Positions 1-10,557 of a DNA stretch of 64,000 nucleotides are shown here, piece by piece. A model generated the notes under the pieces. The model was not told the origin of the DNA and did not search any database. It was given only the letters and a program-made list of their open reading frames with translations. Numbering within the stretch: the stretch's first letter is position 1; each line of letters begins with the position of its first letter. The position numbers and the translations under genes were made by a program. The DNA is from an uncultured delta proteobacterium (GTDB lineage: Bacteria > Desulfobacterota > Syntrophorhabdia > Syntrophorhabdales > WCHB1-27): contig CAWIGL010000003.1 of the NCBI GenBank assembly GCA_963835595.1, forward strand, positions 509,620 to 573,619, given 5' to 3'.

Positions 1-103
1 CTGGATGTTTTCCTTCAGCATTATTACGTTTTCCACTTTCTTTCACCTCGTCCGGTTTTGTGGTCCCATGCCGTCCGGGCCTTCAACCCGGTTAAAACCC
101 CTG

Positions 104-980
104 TTACGCCGGGCCGCCGAGCCGCTCAGGATGGGAATAGACCGAAAAACGGTTCCCCCGCACATAGCCCACAAGGGCAACGCCCAGGTCGCGGGCTATG
201 GAAACAGCGGCCCCCGTCGGCGAATGGCGCGAGACGACAACGGGCGTCTCCATCCTTGCGGCCTTGAGGAGCATCTCGGACGAGACGCGGCCCGTAGTCA
301 GCACCAGCCTGTCCCTCGTCGGTATCCCCCTCATCAGGCATTCGCCCTGTATCTTGTCGAGGGTGTTGTGCCGCCCGATATCCTCCGCAACCAGGAGCAG
401 CTCCTTTCCGTCCGCAAGGGCCGAGGTGTGTATGCCCCCCGTAACCCGCTGCGTCTCAATGTGCTCCTGGAGCTGCCTCATCAGCAAAAGGACCTCCTCC
501 GGCTTAACGGTAAAGGCCGAATCGACCTTCTTCGTCTCGATCTTGAAGACCGCCCCGCCGCCGCAGCCCGACGTGATCGTCCTCGATGTCGGCACCTGGT
601 AATCCGGGTTGACGAGCCTCACGTCCGCCATCGATTCCGTCCCGCAGACGCTCATGCCGGCCACGTCGCCTACGCCCGATATGATCCCCTCCGCATAGAG
701 GAACCCGTAAACAAGGCAGTCCAGCTTGGTCGGCGTGCATTGGATGGTGACGAGCTCCCTGGAGGTTCACGTAGACCGTGACCTCCTTCTCGAGGGGCAC
801 GCCGACCGAAGTCTTGGCCCATCCCCCGTCTGCAAAGCGGTCGCAGATTATCTCCTCCGCGACGCCCCTTGCCTCCGGCGCTTCAATCGGCTCCTGCATG
901 ATGCCCTTCGTTCTCTTTTCCGGCCCCAGGCTGGCGGCGTCTCCCGCCAACAACGCTGCCGAAGTCTCCCCGCTTGCCAC
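104..980 (-). CDS. fdhD: FdhD-like sulfurtransferase / Mo(W)-bisPGD enzyme maturation protein; frameshifted in this assembly
   Basis: ORFs 504-980 and 104-664 join into one FdhD-like protein (...VPLEKEVTVYVNL|RELVTIQCTPTKLDCLVYGFLYAEGII...GGIHTSAL...EDIGRHNTLDK...SRHSPT). The junction lies in a CC run at about 760-764. The start is GTG 980 or ATG 899. Confidence 0.75.
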
Positions 981-983
981 TGC

Positions 984-2136
984 CTATATCACCTCTTGCA
1001 GAACCTCGGTTATGTCCTTGACCTCTATAACGTCGCTGTAATTGAGCACAGCCCTGCTGTCCTCGAAATTCGTTATGCAATAGGGGCAGGCGGTGACGAC
1101 TTCCTTTACGCCCAGTCCTACGGCCTCTTTCGTCCTCAAATTGACGAACCTCTCGTTCTTCGGCGTCTCCGCCCAGATCCTGCCTCCGCCCATGCCGCAG
1201 CAGAGGGCGTCTTCCCGCGACTCGGAGAACTCGGTCAGCTCCAGGCCGGGTATCCTCTTAAGGACGTTGCGCGGCTCGTCGTATATGCCGTTGTGCCGGC
1301 CGAGGTAGCACGGGTCGTGATAAATGACCTTCTTCGCGTACTCGCCGCCGATCCTCAACCTCCCCGCGTCGAGAAGCTCCGAGAGGAGCTGCGTGATATG
1401 GATTATCTCGAAGTTCACCTTGAACTCGGGATACTCGTTCTTGAAGGTATGGTAGCAATGGGGGGAGGAGACAACGATCTTCTTTACCCCGTTGTCGATA
1501 AAGGTCTTGATGTTCTCTTTGGCAAGGCGCCTGAAAAGGTCCTCGTTGCCCGTCTTGCGGATGCTCTCGCCGCAGCAGCTCTCCTTGGCGCCCAGTATGC
1601 CGAAATCTACGCCTGCCTTCTGGAGGACGGCGGCCGTCGCCTTTGCCACCTTTTTCAGTCTAGGGTCGAAGCTCAGGTAGCAGCCGGGGAAATAGAGGAT
1701 CTCCATGCCTTCGGCAAACGGCTTTACGCGCCAACCCCTCCGCCCAGTCCGCCCTCGTCTTCCTGTCCTCATTGAAGGGGTTGCCCTGCGCGGCAAGGCC
1801 CGCGCTCACCGTGCGGTAGGGCTTGACCGACGCGTGGAAGACGTTGTACCCCGTCGCCATCCTGCGGATGGCCACCATGTCGTTGATCTGCTTCACGTCC
1901 CTGGGGCACCGCTGGGGGCACTTCCCGCAGGTCGTGCAGCGCCATATATCTTCCTTCTCGATCTCCGACAGGCCGAAAGTCGCTTCGCGGATGAGCTTGC
2001 GCATGCTGAACCTGCTCACCCGGTTCCAGGGGCAGACGGTGTCGCACTTTCCGCATTGGTAGCAGAACTTGACGGCGTCTCCGCCTTTCTCTTTTATCTC
2101 GTCTATTACCTCTTTGAAGGGGGCTACGGTCTCCAC
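984..2136 (-). CDS. bamD: HdrD/GlpC-type Fe-S oxidoreductase, BamD-like subunit of class II benzoyl-CoA reductase; one frameshift at about 1730
   Basis: ORFs 1660-2136 and 984-1796 join (...RADWAEGLAR|KPFAEGMEILYFPGCY...). There are two N-terminal ferredoxin motifs (CYQCGKCDTVCP, CTTCGKCPQRCP) and two CCG-type Cys motifs (SCCGES, LCCGMGGG). The gene lies directly downstream of the BamB and BamC homologs. Confidence 0.75.
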
Positions 2137-2170
2137 GATATTTTAGCCTCTTCTTTTATCTTTGCGTCTT

Positions 2171-2709
2171 TTAGCCCTTCTTCGTCATCCGGGCAACGGT
2201 ATCGACGACCTTCTGCAATCCATACTTGTCCACCATCGACGACAGCCCCGCTCCACGTCCTCCATCTCGACACCCTCTTCGACTTCCTCTTCCCTCTCTT
2301 CATAAATCAGGGCGTCGTTGATGCACCACTGCACGCAGAGCGGCTTTTCCTGGGGCGGGTCGTCCTCGCACATGTCGCACTTCAGGGGGAGGCCGGAATC
2401 GGGCTCCTTGAAGGTCTCCCTCGACGGGCACGAGGCCCTGCAGAAGCCGCACTCGTCGTATTCCTTCCCGTCGATGACGTATGCGTCCCTGCCCATGCAC
2501 TCTGCCGGCGTATACTCGCCCGCGTAGACGGGGAGGTAGACGTCCCTTATGGGGTCGCGGATCAGACGGATGCGCGACCTCGCCGGGTTGTTGCTGCCGT
2601 ACTTCGGGGTGGAGTGGAAGGCGGAGCAGATTACCTCGCACGCCCGGCAGCCGTTGCATTTGTCGGTGTCGATCTTGATCGTCTTGACTATTTTCTTAAC
2701 CTTGCTCAT
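2171..2709 (-). CDS. bamC: Multi-[4Fe-4S] ferredoxin-like protein, BamC-like
   Basis: Carries Cys clusters CNGCRACEVIC, CGFCRASCP and CDMCED..CVQWC. It overlaps the 3' end of the AOR-family gene by 14 nt. The called ORF ends at 2185 with a junk-like tail (CRRWWTSMDCRR). A shifted frame gives a protein-like tail (LSSMVDKYGLQKVVDTVARMTKKG*) ending at 2171, so a frameshift near 2255 is likely. Confidence 0.7.
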
Positions 2710-4667
2710 TTTTTATGATCCCTCTCTGCTCTAAGTCTTCGGCGACGTAACCCAGGTCGAGTGCCTGCAGGGACTCTTTAGTGGGGATGCCGTCGTTGTC
2801 CCAGCCCTTGAATTTGTAGTACGCGTCCAGGAGCTTCTCTTCGAGCTCGGGGAACCTTTTCTTCCAGTGGTCTTCCGGCGGCTTCTCGTCGGCCCTCCGC
2901 AGGCCCCTGCGCACGTTGATGCTCCTTATCAGGCTGCGGTTCCTCCTGTAGACCTGCTTCAAGCCCTCCTCGTCCATATCGACGCCAGCGCCGGATGAGA
3001 TGAGCTTCGGGTAATTGTGTATGTGGTAAGGGGGCTTCAGCGGGAAGGACGACAGGCCCGCGCATACGCCCAGGGCGTCGTCGATGTAGTGCATCATCTC
3101 CTGCCAGTCGACGATATCGACGGACATATCGACGGTCGGGTAATACGGGTTCGACCGCTCGCCCCGTAGGCTCCCAGTCCAGGACGTACTGCTTGAACTT
3201 CTCGTCCGGGACCTGGAGCCAATCCTTCACGAACTCCTCCCTCTCCTCCATCGTCATGAAGGGGGCCTGGGGGAACTGCCCCTCGATCTGGGTGATGTTT
3301 ATCTTCTCGCCGGTGGCATACATGAGGAAATAGACGGGGTTCAACATGCCGAGCTTGAGGGGCAACTGCTCGTGCTTCTTGATGTTGTTGTGGGCGAACG
3401 CCTCCGACCCCTTGCCGATCTTCTTGGCCGCCCAGTAAGTGCCGTCGGCGAGGATGTCCCCTATCCCTTCCCTGCGGACGATCCTGTCGAGGAGCCAGAA
3501 GAACTTGCCCTCGTTGTCGGTCGGGCACCCCTCGAAGTCGGCGTCCGTCAGGATGCCGGCCTCCTTCAGCTCGAAGGCGAAGGCCATGATCTGCGGGGTA
3601 GAGAAGCCGTCCACCCCGTACTCCGTGGCGCGCTGGGCGATCCTGAAGCCGAAATCGAGGTCGTCCACGAAGGCGGCCATCGTGTAGGTGAGCTTCGAGA
3701 AGCACTTCATCATGAAGGTGGAGATCCCCGGCACGGAGATGATAGCGCCGCACTTTATCGGGCAGTTATAGCAGCTGATGAGGCGCTTCCGCACCCCGAG
3801 CTGCGTATCCTTCCACTTCTTCTCGATCTCGTCGTTCCAGAAGTCCTTCCGCCGGGTGCGGGCATTGCCCCACATGAAGTTCTCGGTGTGCCACTTCTCG
3901 TCCGTATGGAGCATCTCCTGGGGCGAACCAAGGCCCTGGAGGATGGTCATGACGTTCGGGACCGGGTTGTCGTTCCGGTACTTTATATATTTGAGCACGT
4001 CGTTGCAGAGATCGAGGAACTCGGCCGGCCTGGCGAGGTTGATGTCCTTCGTCCCACGGACGGCTATCGCTTTTACCCCCTTGTCGCCCATGACTGCGCC
4101 GATGCCGAGCCGGCTGGCGCTCGACCTGCCCTGCTCGATAGAGGCCGTGAATACCCTGTTCTCGCCGGCCAGGCCGATGGCGGCCACCTGGGCGTTAGGC
4201 TCCTTAAGCTCCCTGCGGATGAGCTCCTGCGTCTCGACTGCGCCCTTGCCCTTCAGGTGGGAGGCATCGCGTATCTCCACCTTGTCGTTGTGTATCCATA
4301 TATAGACCAGGCTCGGGGACTTGCCGCGCAGGATGATCTTGTCATAGCCCGCATACTTCAGCTCCGGCGCAAAGAACCCCCCCATCATCGAGTACCCCAT
4401 CAGCAGGGTCTGGGGGGAATAGGTGGTGATAATCGTGCGGTTGGCGCCGGGGGCGGGCGTGCCGTCCAGAAGACCGGTGCCGAATATGAGCAGGTTGTCG
4501 GGAGAGAAAGGGTCTACGTCGGCGGGGACCCTGTCCCATAATATCTGCGCGTTGGTGCCCAGCCCGCCAAGGTGAAGGTCGGTCGCTTCTGCGTCGGTCG
4601 CCACCCTCTCAATGCTCCCCCGCGTAAGATCGATTTCCAGATTGAACCCTGTTTCTGCGTACCTCAT
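2696..4667 (-). CDS. bamB: Tungsten aldehyde:ferredoxin-oxidoreductase-family protein, BamB (active-site subunit of class II benzoyl-CoA reductase); one frameshift in the C-run 3162-3165
   Basis: The N-terminus MRYAETGFNLEIDLTRGSIERVATD...LGGLGTNAQILWDRVP...FSPDNLLIFGTG and internal blocks (EKWHTENFMWGNARTRRKDFW, LISCYNCPIKCGA, EKINITQIEGQFPQAP) match my recollection of Geobacter BamB. The C-terminal part lies in ORF 2696-3127 (VDIVDWQEMMHYIDDALGVCAGLSSFPLKPPYHIHNYPK). The junction is ...DWEPTG|ERSNPYYPTVDMS... Confidence 0.85.
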
Positions 4668-4761
4668 TTGTCGGCCCCTCTCAAGTACTTTTGCAGCCCG
4701 TCTTCGGCTGCTTGCTTCACATTCGTCTCACCCCTGGCACTTTGTTCATATTTTCACGTAC

Positions 4762-4790
4762 TGTATACCAAGCCAGGACTTCCCTGTCAA
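4762..4790 (-). promoter_or_regulatory. Candidate sigma70 promoter for bamB
   Basis: On the minus strand: TTGACA (4790-4785), a 17-nt spacer, then TATACA (4767-4762), about 95 nt upstream of the bamB ATG. Confidence 0.4.
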
Positions 4791-4929
4791 GACATTTCTT
4801 TCCCCAATCTGCGGCCCTTTTATTGCCCATTCCGCCCCTCCGGCCGCCGCCTCATCCCGGTCGCCCCGCTGCCCATATGCCCATGCGCCGCCCAATGGCT
4901 AGCCGCGTGCGCCTTGCCCTTCATCTCTC

Positions 4930-5718
4930 CTACGCCCCCGGCTGCAAGCGCCAGCCTATCTCTTCCGAAATCCGCCTCAATAAGCCCGTTATCTGAGGAA
5001 TCGACGCCTCGGACACCTGGCTCGTCAGGCTTACGGCCCAGACCGCCGCCTGGACGTCCTTCCCGCCCGCCGTAACCGGCACTGCAAAGGCGACCACGCC
5101 CTCAAGGTATTCTTCCCTGTCGTACGCTACGCCCTCGGCCCGGACCTTGAGGATCTCCTCCCTGTAGGCCGCTTTATCGACGATGGAGTGGGGCGTGAAC
5201 CTTTCGAGCTCCGTGCGGGCGAGGATGTCTTCGATCTCTTCGTCGGGCAGCAGGGAAAGCATCGCCTTGATGCCTGCGCCGGCCAGGACCGGCATCTGCA
5301 TCCCGATCTCCGACGACACGTTGATCCCGTGGCCGGCATCCACCTTGTCGATAAGGATGGCCCGCCGGTCGGAGCGAAGCCCCAGGAAGGCGGACAGCCC
5401 CGTCTCCGCGTTGATCGTCTCAAGGTAGGGGTGGACGGTCTGTATGAGGGCCGAGCGCCTCCCCGCCATGTTGGCAAGGACGTAAAAGCGCGTGCCGAAC
5501 CCGAACTTGCCGTCGCCATGATTTTCAAGGATATTGAGGTCCGTGAGGGTATGGCCGATGTTGAAGACCGTGCTCTTGTTGAGGTCGAGCTTGCCGGATA
5601 TGTCGCTGATCCCCATAGGCTCCTTCGACCTGGCGAGGAGCTCCAGGATGGCGAAGCACTTATCTATGGCAGGCACTCTCGTGAATCCAGGGGGCATGAC
5701 GCATCCAACCCGTTTCAT
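4930..5718 (-). CDS. IclR-family transcriptional regulator
   Basis: 262-aa intact ORF with an N-terminal wHTH (MGISDISGKLDLNKSTVFNIGHTL) and an IclR-type effector domain. An alternative start is ATG 5697. Confidence 0.85.
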   Translation of the reverse strand: MKRVGCVMPPGFTRVPAIDKCFAILELLARSKEPMGISDISGKLDLNKSTVFNIGHTLTDLNILENHGDGKFGFGTRFYVLANMAGRRSALIQTVHPYLETINAETGLSAFLGLRSDRRAILIDKVDAGHGINVSSEIGMQMPVLAGAGIKAMLSLLPDEEIEDILARTELERFTPHSIVDKAAYREEILKVRAEGVAYDREEYLEGVVAFAVPVTAGGKDVQAAVWAVSLTSQVSEASIPQITGLLRRISEEIGWRLQPGA

Positions 5719-6028
5719 CTATAGAACACATGTTTAATATAGCACGAATACCCCCTGCCTTGTCAAGAGCAAAAAGGCGAGCATGTGAAAAATTTCAAGA
5801 GGCCGCCGGGACAGGCCGCGCACCCCAACCATGCCGTCCGCCTCCGGGCCGCCTTGGCCGCCCCCTCTCCGGCCGCTTCCGCCCCTCTCTTGCGCGACGA
5901 GGCGTCGATATCTTATACACGGTGCATGGACGGCGACTGGCGAGGCCCCGGCCGCGGCCGCCAAACGTTCGCCGGATGAATTTTCTCCTGGCTTTGTCGC
6001 GGTTTTGGGGTATACTATAGAGTCGCTT

Positions 6029-6102
6029 GCGCCCATAGCTCAACTGGATAGAGTGCCGGACTACGAATCCGTAGGTTGCAGGTTCGAATCCTGCTGGGCG
6101 CG
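6029..6102 (+). tRNA. tRNA-Arg (anticodon ACG)
   Basis: Folds by hand into a cloverleaf: acceptor GCGCCCA/TGGGCGC, D arm GCTC..GAGT, anticodon loop CTACGAA, T arm GCAGG-TTCGAAT-CCTGC. No encoded CCA. Confidence 0.9.
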
Positions 6103-6220
6103 CATTTCTCAGGCTTTCTCACCCCGTCAGGCGCGGCGCCTGCGGCGACTTTTCCGCAGCCCGCCGCGCCTGATATATAATGAGTCACACGGAGCAGTCT
6201 CAGAAGCGGGATACAGGATC

Positions 6221-7281
6221 GTGAAAAAACGAAAGACAAGGGTAATCAGCGTCGGCGGCGTCAAGATCGGGGGCGGCAACCCCATCAGCGTCCAGTCCAT
6301 GCTCAAGACGGACCCCCAGAACTTCCAGGAGACGCTGAACCAGCTCCTCGACGTGAAAAGGGCGGGCTGCGAGATCATAAGGATCGCCCTGCCCCAGGAA
6401 GACACCTGCAAGATCATCCCCTTTCTGAAGCGGGAGGTCGATATACCGATCATAGGGGACGTCCACTTCAACCACCGCATCGCCCTGAAGGCCGTTGACG
6501 CGGGGATCGACGGCATCAGGATCAACCCCGGCACGATCAACAACACGAAAAAGCTGAAAGAGGTGGCGGTCGCCTGCCGGGACCGCCGCGTGCCCGTAAG
6601 GATAGGGATCAACGTAGGCTCCCTCGAAAAGAGGATCCTGAAGAAATACGCCAGGCCCGACGCGGACGCCATGGTGGAGAGCGCCCTCGACGCGGTGAAG
6701 CTCTTCGAGGACCAGGGGCACCCTGCCCTAAAGGTGTCGCTCAAGGCGTCCGATATCCTGCAGACCATAGAGGCCTACAGGAAATTCTCCCGCGCCTCCG
6801 ACGTCCCCCTCCACGTCGGCGTCACCGAGGCGGGGCCCGTCTTCTCCGGGCGTCATCAAGTCCGCCATAGGCATCGGGATACTCCTTCACGAGGGCATAG
6901 GCGACACGATAAGGGTCTCCCTCACGGGGGACCCCGTCTACGAGGTGACGGCGGGCTACCATATCCTGCGCGGCCTGGGCTTAAGGAAAAGGGGCATCAA
7001 TATCATCTCCTGCCCCACCTGCGGCAGGTGCAGGGTAAACTTGCGGGAAGTGGTCGAGGAATTCGAGAAAGAGGTCGCCTACGTCGATGCCTGCCTCGAT
7101 ATAGCCATCATGGGGTGCGAGGTAAACGGACCCGGCGAGGCCCGCGACGCAGACCTCGGCATCGCCTTCGGCGCGCAGAACGCCGTCCTTTTCTCGAAGG
7201 GGGCAGTCAAGAAGACGGGCATCCCCAGGGAGCTTGCCAAGGCAGATACTCGTCGAAGAGATACACAACCTTTCCCGCTAG
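6221..7281 (+). CDS. ispG: 4-hydroxy-3-methylbut-2-enyl diphosphate synthase (IspG/GcpE); two frameshifts (about 6849 and 7241)
   Basis: GTG start VKKRKTRVISVGGVKIGGGNPISVQSML...HVGVTEAGPVFSG|VIKSAIGIGILLHEGIGDTIRVSLTGDP...IISCPTCGRC...GCEVNGPGEA. The true tail QILVEEIHNLSR* is reached after a second shift. The upstream part of ORF 5831-7369 is spurious because it runs through the tRNA. Confidence 0.85.
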
Positions 7282-7902
7282 GACCCGCTCCCGCCCCCGC
7301 CGCCCGCCGCTTTCCTCTCCGCCGCCCTTCTCGTCAAGATCACCCGCTGAATCACGGTCAGGTGCGTAAAGACCGCAAGGATAACGACAACGGGCCGCAG
7401 GATATTGAAGAAGAGACCCGCGACGAGCAGGATGATCCTCTCCGACCTTTCGAGGAGGCCGTTCCTGCACCCGATCGACGCGGCCTCGGCCCGCGCCCTC
7501 GCGTAAGGGATGATGGCCGTCCCTATTGCGGCAAAGAAGGAGATCATCGCGAAAAGCGGGTCCGGGTGTCCTGCCGCGCAGAAAATGGATCGCGATGCCG
7601 AGCATGACGAGGAGGTCCGAGTAGCGGTCGAGGACCGAGTCGAGGAAGCCCCCGAAGGGCGTCGTCATCTTCGCGCTGCGCGCGACCGCCCCGTCGAGGA
7701 GGTCGAAAAAACCCGATACGAGAAGGAAGATGCCGGCCAGGAAGAGCGGCCAGCTGGATGCGGCAAGCGCCGAGGCGAGGAGCGAAAAAAAAAGCCCGAA
7801 AACGGTGAGGACATTCGGGCTGACGACCCTGCGGCCGAAAAGCAGGCGGTATATCCCGACCAGGAGAGGGTCGAGAGAATGGCCTATCCGAGAGCTAATC
7901 AA
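7278..7902 (-). CDS. CDP-alcohol phosphatidyltransferase (candidate phosphatidylinositol-phosphate synthase type); one frameshift at about 7565
   Basis: Carries the signature DGAVARSAKMTTPFGGFLDSVLD, which fits DG(x)2AR(x)8G(x)3D(x)3D. It is hydrophobic throughout. ORFs 7207-7902 and 7278-7547 join (...GIAIHFL..|DPLFAMISFFAAIG...). Confidence 0.75.
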
Positions 7903-7955
7903 AGGAAACCTCTAAGTCCGCCTGCGTCGCCTGGAGGAGATGGCGCCGGTAGCCC

Positions 7956-9070
7956 CCTGTTTCGCTATCTGAACCTCTCTCCCTTTATGAACTCCTCGAC
8001 CATCCTTCTGGCGACGTCGTCGGGGAACTGGCTCATGGGGTGCTTCATGGTATACCCCGATATCGACTCCAGAAGCGCCGCCCACGCCCCTGTCGCGGGC
8101 GATCTTGCAGCACCTTATGGCGTCTATGACGCACCCGCCGCTGTTCGGGGAGTCCTCGACGGAGAGGCGCAGCTCAAGGTCGATGGGGATGTCCCCGAAG
8201 ATCCTCCCCTCTATGCGGAGGAAGCAGACCTTGTTGTCCTTCTGCCAGGGGACGTAATCGGACGGCCCCACGTGGATGTTCTCCGGGGCGAGAGGCTTTT
8301 CCAGGAGGGACTGGACCGCCTCGGTCTTCGATATCTTCTTCGAGATGAGCCTGTCCCTGTTGAGCATGTTCAGGAAATCGGTATTGCCGCCCGTGTTGAG
8401 CTGGTACGTCCTGTCGATGGAGACGCCCCTGTCGGCAAAGAGCTTCGCCAGGATGCGATGGATGATCGTCGCCCCTATCTGCGACTTTACGTCGTCGCCC
8501 ACGACGGGGATCCTCTTCTCCTCGAACGCGGCGGCCCACCGCTCGTCGGAGGCGATGAATACGGGGATGCAGTTGATGAGGCTCACGCCCGTCTCCAGGC
8601 AGCAGGAGGCGTAAAACCTGCGCCGCCTCCTCCGACCCGACGGGGAGGTAGTTTATCAGGATATCTACCCCCCGCTCTTTCAATATGGCCGGCTACGTCG
8701 TCGGGCGCCCTATCCGCAGGGACGAACCTCCGGTCTTCGGGATAATCGGCCATGTGGGGGGAGACGCCGTCGAGGAGCCTGCCCATGGAGACCGTCATAT
8801 CGCCGTCGCTCAGGGCGGACGATGATCCGCTTCGTGCAGTTGGGCGGCGCGAAAATGGCCTCCCGGAAGGGCTTGCCCACCTTGCGCTTGTCTATGTCAA
8901 AGGCGGCGACGATCTTGATGCTTTCGGCGGTATAGCCGCATATCTCGTAATGCATCAATCCCGACGGCGACATCCGGTTTCCCTTTTTCCGGCAGTAATA
9001 GTCAATGCCCTGGGCCAGGGAGCTTGCACAATTGCCTGATCCCCACAATCGCTATCCGAATATCCCGCAT
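7956..9070 (-). CDS. ino1: myo-inositol-1-phosphate synthase; about 5 frameshifts (about 9038, 8815, 8686, 8615, 8080)
   Basis: The pieces join as MRDIRIAIVGI|GNCASSLAQGIDYY...NCTK...|SDGDMTVSMGRLLDGVSPHMADY...DDVAGH|LKERGVDILINYLPVGSEEAAQ|FYASCCLETGVSLINCIPVFIASD...QLNTGGNTDFLNML...SPNSGGCVIDAIRCCK...|LLESISGYTMKHPMSQF...EEFIKGERFR*. Confidence 0.8.
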
Positions 9071-9150
9071 GGAATCCCCTAGGCGTTTCTTCTCTTTTAA
9101 AATATTTATCGAAAAAAGTCAAAACAAAACGGCCCGATTCGACGGTCCCG

Positions 9151-9706
9151 TCAGGCCGTTTTGTATTGGCTGGCCCCCATCTCGTACAAATCATTACCGA
9201 AAACGTCGTTGATGACGAAAAGAGGAAAATCCTCGACGAGCAGCCTTGCGACCGCTTCAGGTCCGAGGTCCCCATAGGCGATGACTCGTATGTCTTGATG
9301 CACTTCGAAAGGAGCGCGCCGGCGCCCCCCGTCGCCGCCGAAATAGACCGCCTTATGCCCCTTTATGGCGTCCTTCACGGCCTGCGACCTCTTCCCCTTG
9401 CCTATCATCCCTTTGAGGCCGAGGGCGAGGAGCGTCGGGGCGTAGGCGTCCATCCGGGAGGCAGTCGTAGGGCCTGCCGCGCCGATAACGCGGCCGGGGG
9501 CAGGCGGGGTCGGCCCGCAGTAATAGATGACCTGCCCTTTGATGTCGAAGGGCAAAGGGCTGCCGTCGCGCGAGCGCGTCCATGAACCTCTTGTGCGCCG
9601 CGTCCCTCGCCGTGTAGATATAGCCGGAGAGCAGCACCTTGTCCCCCGACCTCAAGGCGGTCACGGTCCCCTCGTCGAGCGGCGTCTTTATCCGCTTTAT
9701 CTCCAT
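9151..9706 (-). CDS. fumB: Class I (Fe-S) fumarate hydratase / hydro-lyase, beta subunit; about 3 indels (about 9572, plus a compensating pair at 9325-9330 and about 9285)
   Basis: MEIKRIKTPLDEGTVTALRSGDKVLLSGYIYTARDAAHKRF...|DGSPLPFDIKGQVIYYCGPTP...AGPTTASRMD...KGMIGKGKRS...YGDLGPEAV. An RBS GGGGGA lies before ATG 9706. Confidence 0.8.
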
Positions 9707-9714
9707 CCGTCCCC

Positions 9715-10555
9715 CTAAAGCGTCACTTCCCTGACCCTGTGCGCGTGGCACTGTATGTTCACCGCTACCGGCAGCGACGCGATGTGGCAGGGCAGCGTCT
9801 TGATGTGGACGTCGAGGGCGGTCACCCTCCCCCCGTACCCGCCCGGCCCTATCCCCAGCCGGTTTATCTCCTCCAGCACCTCGACCTCCAGGCCCGCGAC
9901 GAAGGGGTCCGGGTTCCTCCGGCCGAAGGGGACCATCAGGGCCTCCTTCGATAGGAGCGCCGAGGTCTCGAAGTTGCCGCCTACGCCGACGCCCACCGTG
10001 ATCGGCGGGCAGGGGTTCGGCCCTCCCTTCTTCACCATCTCGACGACGAACGCCTTTATCCCCGGCACGCCGGCCGACGGGGTGAGCATCCTCACCTCGC
10101 TGTAGTTCTCGCTGCCTCCGCCCTTCGGCATGACGACGATCCTCACCCTGTCGCCCGCGACGATCGAGGTATGGATGATGGCAGGGGTGTTGTCGCCCGT
10201 GTTCTTCCTCGTGAAGGGGTTGCAGCAGGATTTCCGCAGGTAGCCTTTCCCGTAGGCGTCCCGGACGCCGGCAGTTACGGCCTCGTCCAGGGACCCGCCC
10301 GCTCAGGTGCACGTCCTGGCCGACCTCGATGAAGAGGACGGCCAGACCCGTGTCCTGGCATATCGGTATCCGCTCCCGCGCGGCGACTTCCGCGTTCTTC
10401 AGAAGCTCCCTGAGCACTTCTTTGCCTGCCGGCGATACTTCTTCGTCAACGGCCTTCGCCAGCCTGCCCAGGACGTCCTCGTGGAGGTCGATGTTCGCGT
10501 CGATAAACAGCTTCTCCACTGCGGCGGCAATATCTGCTACCGGCACTTCCCTCAT
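9715..10555 (-). CDS. fumA: Class I (Fe-S) fumarate hydratase / hydro-lyase, alpha subunit; one frameshift at about 10300
   Basis: MREVPVADIAAAVEKLFIDAN...RIPICQDTGLAVLFIEVGQDVHLSG|GSLDEAVTAGVRDAYGKGYLRKSCCNPF...VVMPKGGGSENYS...NIQCHAHR. Confidence 0.8.
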
Positions 10556-10557
10556 CG

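Noticed and set aside
1-21. Possible start of another minus-strand gene (MLKENIQ...) at the left edge
   Set aside because: Only 7 codons are visible, which is too short to support a call.
5-4541. Long ORFs on the plus strand (5-781, 726-1775, 1705-2718, 3372-4541). Similar long ORFs occur elsewhere: 7510-8745, 11162-12016, 18447-19856, 23895-25043, 39298-39993, 42066-43811, 47049-47849, 48144-49229, 49093-50469, 61860-62936.
   Set aside because: They lie antisense to, or out of frame with, genes that have clear conserved motifs. Their translations are R/G/P/A-rich low-complexity sequence typical of shadow ORFs in high-GC DNA.
4735-4749. Sigma54-like TGGCAC-N5-TCAT upstream of bamB
   Set aside because: It lies on the plus strand and points away from bamB, toward the 3' end of the minus-strand IclR gene. 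The -12 element is also poor (TCAT versus TTGC).
5831-6220. N-terminal 130 aa of the 512-aa ORF 5831-7369
   Set aside because: It runs straight through the tRNA-Arg gene and has junk-like composition. The real ispG starts at GTG 6221.
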